A stretch of 53,894 nucleotides of DNA from a virus (lineage: Duplodnaviria; Caudoviricetes), in IMG/VR virus record IMGVR_UViG_3300050119_000052, positions 1-53,894 of that record. One strand, written 5' to 3'. The position numbers and the translations under genes are program-made. Under the pieces are notes generated by a model, which did not search any database, had not been told where the DNA came from, and was given only the letters and a program-made list of their open reading frames with translations. Each line of letters begins with the position of its first letter. Within the stretch, counting starts at the first letter, position 1. This document shows, in pieces, positions 46,783 through 53,894 of this stretch.

Positions 46783-48441
46783 ATGGCAGACAAGAAGGAG
46801 CCGACGCTCCTCGAACTTTTGAACGAGCGCCGCCAGAAGGCGTTCGAAGCATGGAGCGGTGAGATCGGCAGGCGGGAGACCGCTGATACCGATTTCGAGG
46901 CTCGCCGCAACGCTACCGACGAGGCTGTGCACCCGACCGACGACGAGGTGACGGCGCACCGTGACGCGCAGGCCGCGTTCCGGGTCCGCTCGGACGAGGC
47001 TGAGGTGGAGTTGCGCGAGTTCGACAAGCGCATCGACGAACAGGGTGAGATCGAGACCCGCCGCGCCGCCGCCGCCGCAGCCAGCAAGGGCAACGCCGAG
47101 GTCGAGTCGGAGCCGCTGACCTATCGCCGCGACAACGCCCACGTACGGTCCTACTACGCCGACCTCGCCGTGGCGATGGTCGACGGGGTGACCTTGTCAC
47201 GCAACAACAAGACCGAGGCCCTGACCCGCCTGAACCGGCACGCCGCCGAGATGGACGTCGAGATCCCGAAGCGGATCAAGGCGGCCGAGGCCCGCGCCGT
47301 CGCCCGGTTCGCGGAGGCCGAGTCCCGGTCCGTGTCGCGCCGCAACGGCGTCACCATGGAAGATGTTCGCCCGCTCGCCTACGACCCGTTCCAGCGGTCA
47401 CGGCGTGGCGCTGAACTGGAGGAGCGGGTCACCCCGAACCGGCAGGACGGCTACGGCGGGTACCTGATCCCACCGTTGTGGCTGCCCGAGGACTTCATCC
47501 CCGGCCTGCGTGCTCAGGGTGTCGCCCGGGACCTGTGCCGGCAAATGGACTTGCCCGCCGGCACCGACAGCATCAATATCCCGAAGTTGGCGAACCTGAC
47601 CGCGGTTGGGTATCAGCAGGCGGACAACTCCGGTGTCGTGACGCAGGACTGGACGGACACGTTCGTTCAGGCCAATGTGAAGACCGCCGCGGGGCAGTCC
47701 GACGTCGCGTTGCAGCTGTTGGAGCAGTCCCCGAACGGCATCACCGACGAGGTGATCACCACTGACCTGCTGGCCGCGTACAACCAGTTCGTTGATCAGC
47801 AGGTGATCTCCGGTGACGGTGTGTCGACGGGGCAGCTCAACGGCGGCCACATCCTCGGGATCTACCCGTCGAGCAACTGGGCGAACACGAACGGCGTGAC
47901 CTACACCGACAGCTCCCCGGCTGGTGTGCACTTCGGTGCTGGCGCGATGGGCCCGTTGGCGTCGAAGATCGCCCGGACTCGTTTCGACGTCGAGGACTTC
48001 GCGATCGTGATGCACGGTCGCCGCTGGTTCTGGTACTCCACGGCGAATGACGTCAACGGTCGCCCGCTCGGTGAGACCCTCGGAGCTGGTCGGTTCCAGG
48101 CGGCGGTCGCTGAAGAGGAACTGGCCGCCTACGGCCGGGTCGGCACCTTGCCGTACCTCGCTGACGCGCCCGTGTACATCGACAACAACATCCCGATCAC
48201 CGACACCGCTGGTGGCGGCTCGGCACAGGACATCGCGATCGGTGCCCTGTGGTCGGACCTGTGGCTGTTCATGGGCGACCTGCGGACGAACGTGTTCCGT
48301 GAGGTTCTCTCCGGCAGCCTCGGTGTCAGGTTCCAGGTCTACAACTACTTCGCGTTCCTCGCGCGGTACGGCCAGTCGATCGCTGTCGCGACCGGCTCCG
48401 GTTTCGCTCAGCCGTCCACCGGCTACGGCGACTACTTCTAA
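46783..48441 (+). CDS. major capsid protein with N-terminal coiled-coil (delta) domain
   Basis: RBS AGGAG; 552 aa; GGYLIPPLWL and REVLSGSLGVRFQ. Confidence 0.88.
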   Translation: MADKKEPTLLELLNERRQKAFEAWSGEIGRRETADTDFEARRNATDEAVHPTDDEVTAHRDAQAAFRVRSDEAEVELREFDKRIDEQGEIETRRAAAAAASKGNAEVESEPLTYRRDNAHVRSYYADLAVAMVDGVTLSRNNKTEALTRLNRHAAEMDVEIPKRIKAAEARAVARFAEAESRSVSRRNGVTMEDVRPLAYDPFQRSRRGAELEERVTPNRQDGYGGYLIPPLWLPEDFIPGLRAQGVARDLCRQMDLPAGTDSINIPKLANLTAVGYQQADNSGVVTQDWTDTFVQANVKTAAGQSDVALQLLEQSPNGITDEVITTDLLAAYNQFVDQQVISGDGVSTGQLNGGHILGIYPSSNWANTNGVTYTDSSPAGVHFGAGAMGPLASKIARTRFDVEDFAIVMHGRRWFWYSTANDVNGRPLGETLGAGRFQAAVAEEELAAYGRVGTLPYLADAPVYIDNNIPITDTAGGGSAQDIAIGALWSDLWLFMGDLRTNVFREVLSGSLGVRFQVYNYFAFLARYGQSIAVATGSGFAQPSTGYGDYF

Positions 48442-48470
48442 ACCGCCCTCAACCAGATAGGAAAACGATT

Positions 48471-49088
48471 ATGCCTGGCGATCTTGTTGGCGGTTCATAC
48501 CCGCTCACGTTCGACCTCAAGAAGCTCCTGGGCGCGGTCAACGCGACCCAGGGCAACATCGCGGGTCGCAGCAACCTGCAATGGCCCATCGGGTCTTTGC
48601 AGGACGCTGCGGCTTCGCTGGTAACTGCGGACATCACCCTCGTCGCGGTCCCCGTGGAGTACGGCGACGAGTACAACTACGTGGACGTGCTGGTTGGTGC
48701 GACCCCTGCGTCGACACCCACCCACTCGTACGCGGCCCTGTACTCCGGCGTCCTCACCACGGCGAAGCTGGTCGGCACCCAGTCGACGGACAGCACCACG
48801 ACCGCTATCGGGGCATCGACGACGCTGACCTACACCCTCGGCGCCGGCTACATCGCGAACCCGGTCGATTCCCCGTACGGGTACCTGTACGTCGCGTTGG
48901 CGCAGACCGGCACCACCGTGTCGTCGCTGATCTCGGGGACGTTCCCGACCGCGGCGCAGAAGGCGTGGTACACGAACATGCCGAAGCTCGCGGCGACGAT
49001 CTCCGCAGCGGGCGGGACCGCACCAGCAACGATCACACTCGCGTCGACGACAGCTATCGCGTCGCCTCCGGTGGTCGTTCTCCGCTAG
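48471..49088 (+). CDS. capsid decoration-like protein
   Basis: Beta-rich, Thr/Ala-rich, immediately after the MCP. Confidence 0.55.
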   Translation: MPGDLVGGSYPLTFDLKKLLGAVNATQGNIAGRSNLQWPIGSLQDAAASLVTADITLVAVPVEYGDEYNYVDVLVGATPASTPTHSYAALYSGVLTTAKLVGTQSTDSTTTAIGASTTLTYTLGAGYIANPVDSPYGYLYVALAQTGTTVSSLISGTFPTAAQKAWYTNMPKLAATISAAGGTAPATITLASTTAIASPPVVVLR

Positions 49089-49190
49089 TGGCCATACCGG
49101 GGCAGGAGACGCCTGAGCAGAACATGCCGAAGCCGTCGCCTGCCCCGGTCCCACGGAAAGAACACGCCGTGCCGCCCGAGAAGGAGACAC

Positions 49191-49760
49191 GTGAGGATCG
49201 TCATCCCCCATGCGGGCCGTCGGCACACCCAAGTGGACGCAGCAGCTCCTGACGGTGCCGAATGGCATGACGTCGGCGGCGACGACCTCGCCTACTGGCG
49301 GCTGATGTGCGACCTATGGGAGCAATGCCGCGATGACGGTGACGACCTTTGGATCATCGAGCACGACGTCATCTGTCGGCCCGACGTTCTCTCCGCTTTC
49401 GACGACTGCCCCGCGCCCTGGTGCGCCAACGGCTACTCCAATATCTGCCACCGCGAGTGCCTCGACGCTTGGGCGAACCTCCTCGGCTGCACCCGCTTCC
49501 GCAACGAACTGATCCGCGCCGTTCCCGACGCCGTATCGGCCATCACCCGACCCGAGCATCTGGACTGGCACAACCTCTGCGACGGCATCGGCGGCAACCA
49601 TCCGATGATGCCCGGTTACACCCCGAATGAGAACTGGGGTCTACGTGCCGCTGGATTCACACACCACTGGCACTGGCCGGCAGTTGACCACCTAGACCGC
49701 AATGTCGATCCCGATTTCTGGTACGGGCCTGGTGGCCGGTACGCGAAGGAGCCAGCATGA
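49191..49760 (+). CDS. glycosyltransferase-like protein
   Basis: MRIVIPH start, WIIEHDV (DxD-like), LLGCTRF. Confidence 0.5.
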   Translation: MRIVIPHAGRRHTQVDAAAPDGAEWHDVGGDDLAYWRLMCDLWEQCRDDGDDLWIIEHDVICRPDVLSAFDDCPAPWCANGYSNICHRECLDAWANLLGCTRFRNELIRAVPDAVSAITRPEHLDWHNLCDGIGGNHPMMPGYTPNENWGLRAAGFTHHWHWPAVDHLDRNVDPDFWYGPGGRYAKEPA

Positions 49761-50038
49761 GCACTCTGTCCGACATGCACGCCAAGGCGACCGCGATGCT
49801 GGAGATGATCGGTGAGGACTTGGACGCGTTCGGTGGTGATGTTGAGGGGCATCTGCGGGTTGTGATCGCCCATCTGGAGCATGTCATCGGTGATGCCAAG
49901 CCCACCCCAGTCGAGCCCGTGGCCGAGCATGAGCTCGTCGCAGAAGTGCAATGGCGCGACCCGGCTGGCAGGACGGTTACCGCCGATGAGCCTGCTGCGG
50001 CTCCCGCCGCCGTGAAGCGCACCAGCGGCAAGAGCTGA
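49757..50038 (+). CDS. hypothetical protein
   Basis: RBS AAGGAG, coupled. Confidence 0.55.
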   Translation: MSTLSDMHAKATAMLEMIGEDLDAFGGDVEGHLRVVIAHLEHVIGDAKPTPVEPVAEHELVAEVQWRDPAGRTVTADEPAAAPAAVKRTSGKS

Positions 50039-50042
50039 CCCC

Positions 50043-50402
50043 ATGTCGGGGACTATCACCGTCACCGGCATGTCCGCTGGTCTCACGTCCGGATACAAGG
50101 TCATCGGCCCGATCACGATCACCGGAAGCAACCCGGTCGGGGAGATCATCGACGCGACCCTCGCGTCGGGTGACAACACGTTCACGGTGCCCACGGGGGC
50201 GACTGCGGTCCTTCTTGCGCTCGGCTCGGCGTCGGCAGTGACGGTGAAGGTCCGCACCAACCTCAACGCGGGCGATGCTGGACTGCCGGTTGCCCCGTTC
50301 GGCGGGGTCGGGTTCATGGTGTTCAACCTCGTCGCTGACGTGACCAGCGTGATCCTCAACGCGTCCGGGTCGCTACCCAACGCCGAGCTGTCCTTCATCT
50401 AA
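50043..50402 (+). CDS. virion structural protein
   Basis: Beta-rich; head-tail module position. Confidence 0.55.
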   Translation: MSGTITVTGMSAGLTSGYKVIGPITITGSNPVGEIIDATLASGDNTFTVPTGATAVLLALGSASAVTVKVRTNLNAGDAGLPVAPFGGVGFMVFNLVADVTSVILNASGSLPNAELSFI

Positions 50403-50413
50403 GGGGGTGCGTT

Positions 50414-51373
50414 GTGCCGGCTGTCGCTGACCTCACCATCCGCCAAGGCGACACCACTCCCGCATTCACTGCGTGGGTCACCGACCAGAACGGGAACGGG
50501 CTGGACCTGACCGGTGCGACGTGCACGTTCGTGATGCGCGAGATGTATTCCTCGGCTCCGGTCGTGAATGCGGCGATGACCCTCAAGCCCCCTTTCTTGG
50601 GGCTGGTCACCTACAACTGGGCGAGCACCGACACCGCGGCAGCGGGCCTGTACATGGCGGAAATCCACGTCACCCTGCCGGGCGGTGGGACGTTCACATA
50701 CCCGAACGACGGCTACCTGACGGTCGCGGTCGAGGAGAACCTCCTCACCTCGAACCGCACCCTTGTGTCCCTCGGCGACGCGAAGGACGTCCTCCTCGTC
50801 CCGGCGTCGGATCACAGTCATGACGCGAAGATTCTTCAGTTCATCCGCGCCGTCCAGGTCGTCGTTGAGTCGCGGGTCGGCGCGGTGGTGCCGCGGGTGT
50901 TCGACGAGTGGTACGACGGCGGCCATCCGGCGGTCAGGCTGCGGTATCGGCCGTCGACCGCGTTGGGGACTACGCCGCTGCTGATCCTGCTCGCATGCAG
51001 CGAGTACATCGGGCCGATCGAGTGGCCGCTGGCGGTGATCAGCTCACCGGACCAGGGGCAGATGTATTCGTGCATGTTGGATGTTCCGACGGGCACTGTG
51101 GTGCGCCGTACCGCTGGGGGCGCGGTGCAGGCGTTCGCGGGTGGCCCGCAGGCCGTGCACGTGGTTTATCAGGCGGGGCAGTCGCAGACGCCCGCGAACG
51201 TGTACGAGGGCACCTTGGAGTTGCTGCGTGAGCATTACCAGCAGACGCAGCAGGTCGGCGCCCCGGGCCCGGGCGGTAATCAGGTGGATGAGCACGAAGC
51301 CATCGGGGAGCTCGTCTCGGCGAAGGTCATGCAGTGGATCAGCCCGATGCGACGTCACCCGTCTGTCGCATGA
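50414..51373 (+). CDS. head-tail adaptor with N-terminal BppU-like Ig domain
   Basis: IRQGDT...DLTGAT...YNW...DT..AG.Y.AE, then LVSLGDAK...V.YQAG. Confidence 0.7.
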   Translation: MPAVADLTIRQGDTTPAFTAWVTDQNGNGLDLTGATCTFVMREMYSSAPVVNAAMTLKPPFLGLVTYNWASTDTAAAGLYMAEIHVTLPGGGTFTYPNDGYLTVAVEENLLTSNRTLVSLGDAKDVLLVPASDHSHDAKILQFIRAVQVVVESRVGAVVPRVFDEWYDGGHPAVRLRYRPSTALGTTPLLILLACSEYIGPIEWPLAVISSPDQGQMYSCMLDVPTGTVVRRTAGGAVQAFAGGPQAVHVVYQAGQSQTPANVYEGTLELLREHYQQTQQVGAPGPGGNQVDEHEAIGELVSAKVMQWISPMRRHPSVA

Positions 51374-51882
51374 GTATCACGTCCACCATCCCCGGTGCGG
51401 CCCAGACGCTCCTCGGCTACATGCAGGCCGTCGCCGGGGCCAACCCGGACCTGGATGTGCAGGTCTACACCGGTTGGCCCGTCACCAGCGCCTGGTCACC
51501 GAACTTCATGATGCTCGGCGACTACAAGGAAGGGCTGGTCGTCAGCCCGGATTCGTACAGGTGGGCGGCGGTCCCGGGCGCTGCGAAGCTCCGTTTCGAG
51601 GAGTACGCGCTGATGGGCTGCATCCGGGCGTGGTCGGGCAGCCCGGATGGTACCGCGCCGTTCGACCGCCTCGGTGAGGCGTACACGCTCCTCAATGGCT
51701 TGCACGATCAGATCGTCTCCGACATTGGGGGCGACTCCTACGTGGTCGATTCTTTGACGTCGTCCGGGTCGTGGGGTGACCTCGGCGTGACGATGGATGC
51801 CTTCGGTCAGATCGATGGTAAGGGCTGGGGTGTTGTCCTCGGCTTCGAGCTGCACGTGATAAACGCCCAGCTCATCGGCTGA
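51370..51882 (+). CDS. tail terminator-like protein
   Basis: Position before the major tail gene; ATGA overlap. Confidence 0.55.
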   Translation: MSITSTIPGAAQTLLGYMQAVAGANPDLDVQVYTGWPVTSAWSPNFMMLGDYKEGLVVSPDSYRWAAVPGAAKLRFEEYALMGCIRAWSGSPDGTAPFDRLGEAYTLLNGLHDQIVSDIGGDSYVVDSLTSSGSWGDLGVTMDAFGQIDGKGWGVVLGFELHVINAQLIG

Positions 51883-51883
51883 G

Positions 51884-51994
51884 GAAAGGCCGAAGGCCCC
51901 ACTGTAGCGGGGCCTTCGACTTGCCGCCCTGTGCGCAGGGTTGCTGCGTTGAGTACGGCCACGCGGCTCACAGCCCGAACCGCCAGGCAATTGC
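51884..51994 (-). ncRNA. putative antisense structured small RNA
   Basis: TACGAT -10 (52006-52001), several internal stems, and a 3' hairpin CGAAGGCCCC/GGGGCCTTCG extended by G.U pairs on the minus strand, then CTTTCC. Confidence 0.5.
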
Positions 51995-52053
51995 CTACCT
52001 ATCGTAGCGCCCCTTCCACCGTTTCCGACACCCCGTGAAAGGGGCTGCTTGTC

Positions 52054-52287
52054 GTGCCCACAATCCGCAACCGCACCAGCCAGCTGCTGCATCTGCACCG
52101 CGTCGGCCGGGAGATCGAACCCGAGCAGTCGATCGATGTGTCCGACGACGAAGCGCAAATGCTCGCCGGCCACCCACTGCTTACGGGTGTCCCGCCGTAC
52201 CCGCAACCCGAGCCGCCGGTCATCACAGCGGTCGCCGCGAAGCCCAGCAAACCCATCACCACGCAGGAAGACGGTGACTCGCAGTGA
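52054..52287 (+). CDS. small hypothetical protein
   Basis: Coupled to the major tail gene. Confidence 0.55.
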   Translation: MPTIRNRTSQLLHLHRVGREIEPEQSIDVSDDEAQMLAGHPLLTGVPPYPQPEPPVITAVAAKPSKPITTQEDGDSQ

Positions 52288-53318
52288 GTTCCCCAGGTTC
52301 AGGTCTCGGCTCATCGTTCGGCACAGGCGTCGAAACCGCTGGGTCGTACGGCACGTTGGCCACGATCGGTAAGTGGCTGGCCGTCGACTCATGCGAGATC
52401 AAACAGGCCCCCGTCTACTACAAGGGCGAGGGTTTGCACGGCGGCACGCTGGTCCGTGAGGACGCGGAAGTTGTCCGCACGAACCTCGATTCCGCCGGGT
52501 CGATCAAGGCCCCGTTCTATTACAACGGGCTCGGCCGGCTCATCGGGTCGCTGATGGGCTCACTGGCGGTCGCACCCTCAGCGGACACGTCACCCGCGTA
52601 CACGGCCACGCACGCGTTCGCGAACTCATGGCATCAGTCGCTGTCCATTCAGCAGTGCATCCCGGACGTGGCGCAGGCGGCCCACTACTGGAACCACCTC
52701 GGCGTGAAAGTCACCGACGCCCAGTTCGAATGCTCCACTGGTAATCCGCTGCTGGCGACGTTCAACGTCGACTGCCAGGACACGTTCGAAGCGTCGTCCG
52801 GCACGTCAGCGACAGAGCCGGGCGGGTCGCCGTTCTTCGCGTTCCACCAGATGGCGGTGAAGGTCGGCGCCTTCGGTTCCGAGGTGAAGGTCGACGGTGT
52901 TTCGAAGTGGACCGGGGCGATCAAGCGGGCTCAGGCGAACAAGCGTTTCAACGCCGGCAACGTCACGACCAACCCCAACGACTCGTACGCCATCAAGGAT
53001 GAGCCGGTCGACAACGGGTTCGCTGACATCACCGGCACCCTCGACACCGAATATTTGAACGACACCCTGTTCGAGAACTACTACCAGACGGACACGCCGT
53101 TCTCGCTGATCGTGGCGTTCACGTCCGCGACGCTGGCGGCTGTCGCATTCCCGTATTCGGTGACGTTCGCGTTCCCCCGCTGCCGGTTCCTCACGGGGGA
53201 GAACCCGACCATCGCCGGCCCGGACATCGTGAAGCCCGTCATGGCTTACGAAGTGATGCTCGACGGCACCCACCCGGCCGCGACCATCACCGTCGTCAAC
53301 ACCGACGTGACGCTCTGA
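52284..53318 (+). CDS. major tail tube protein
   Basis: G.GVET..YGT, YTATH.F, GVKV, ITGTL motifs; precedes the chaperone genes. Confidence 0.85.
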   Translation: MSSPGSGLGSSFGTGVETAGSYGTLATIGKWLAVDSCEIKQAPVYYKGEGLHGGTLVREDAEVVRTNLDSAGSIKAPFYYNGLGRLIGSLMGSLAVAPSADTSPAYTATHAFANSWHQSLSIQQCIPDVAQAAHYWNHLGVKVTDAQFECSTGNPLLATFNVDCQDTFEASSGTSATEPGGSPFFAFHQMAVKVGAFGSEVKVDGVSKWTGAIKRAQANKRFNAGNVTTNPNDSYAIKDEPVDNGFADITGTLDTEYLNDTLFENYYQTDTPFSLIVAFTSATLAAVAFPYSVTFAFPRCRFLTGENPTIAGPDIVKPVMAYEVMLDGTHPAATITVVNTDVTL

Positions 53319-53650
53319 TGGCTGACCTGATAAAGCTCGACTGGGACGGCAAGCATTACGAGCTGGAGTTGCAGTCCATCACGGGCCGCGAATTCAAGTC
53401 CATCAAAACGCACCTCGGAATGAAGTCCGGCCCCTTCATCCAGTCGTTCATGTCATTGGACAACCAGGACGCGGACGCTGTCGTGGCGCTCCTCTGGTTG
53501 TGCAAGAAGCGGGCTGGTGAACAGGTCGACTTCGAGCAGCTCTCCGACTTGCCGGTGTTCTCCATCATGGAGGGCATCAGCACCCCCGACCTGGATGTCG
53601 AGGACGTGGTGGACCCAAAAGGCGAGGCGAGTACGCCGACCGTTGGCTAG
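53318..53650 (+). CDS. tail assembly chaperone (gpG-like)
   Basis: Follows the major tail gene; ends at a slippery site. Confidence 0.8.
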   Translation: MADLIKLDWDGKHYELELQSITGREFKSIKTHLGMKSGPFIQSFMSLDNQDADAVVALLWLCKKRAGEQVDFEQLSDLPVFSIMEGISTPDLDVEDVVDPKGEASTPTVG

Positions 53651-53883
53651 CGACGCAGCGGCAACGGTTCGACACGCGGGCCGCTGACGAGCCGTGGGAC
53701 ATCGCCAACAAGTACATGGGCTGGTTCGCGATCGAATGCCATTACACCCCGGATCAGGTTTTCGACATGCCGTGGCCGCAGCTGGTCGCGTTGAGTCTCC
53801 TCGCCGATGACATGGCTGACGCCCGCAACCGCCAGAACACCAATCAGGCGATGAGCAGCCGACCACCACGCCGCATGACCTAA
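53614..53883 (+). CDS. -1 frameshift extension (gpGT-like)
   Basis: In-frame slippery heptamer C CCA AAA (53614-53620); -1 frame open to TAA 53883, encoding HYTPDQVFDMPWPQL. Confidence 0.8.
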   Translation, partial: PKRRGEYADRWLATQRQRFDTRAADEPWDIANKYMGWFAIECHYTPDQVFDMPWPQLVALSLLADDMADARNRQNTNQAMSSRPPRRMT

Positions 53884-53894
53884 AAGGGGGGTTC

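Overview
Near-complete, circularly permuted genome of a temperate, GC-rich actinobacterial siphovirus. The window opens inside a tail gene and ends just after the tail-assembly-chaperone frameshift gene. Gene order: tape measure and tail genes, lysis, accessory hydrolases and tail fibres (1-19.5 kb); integration/immunity cassette with a tRNA-derived attP inside the repressor gene (20.4-22 kb); early genes for recombination, replication and methylation (22-38.7 kb); then HNH, putative cos, terminase, portal, protease, two tandem capsid paralogues, and head-tail genes. The standout is an RNA-guided TIGR-Tas-like system directly downstream of cro. It has a nuclease-less Nop/IS110-C-terminal-like protein (23071-23805) and an unknown ORF, interleaved with 10 stem-loop units of the form stem-CCA-[9 nt]-CG(T/A)CACCCA-[9 nt]-CG-stem. 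Three further single-unit guide genes with the same grammar sit antisense in the virion operon (5.3, 44.3 and 46.6 kb), each with its own TAGACT -10 box. The predicted target of one resembles the phage's putative packaging (cos) region. All protein calls come from motif recognition and synteny by eye; no database searches were run.
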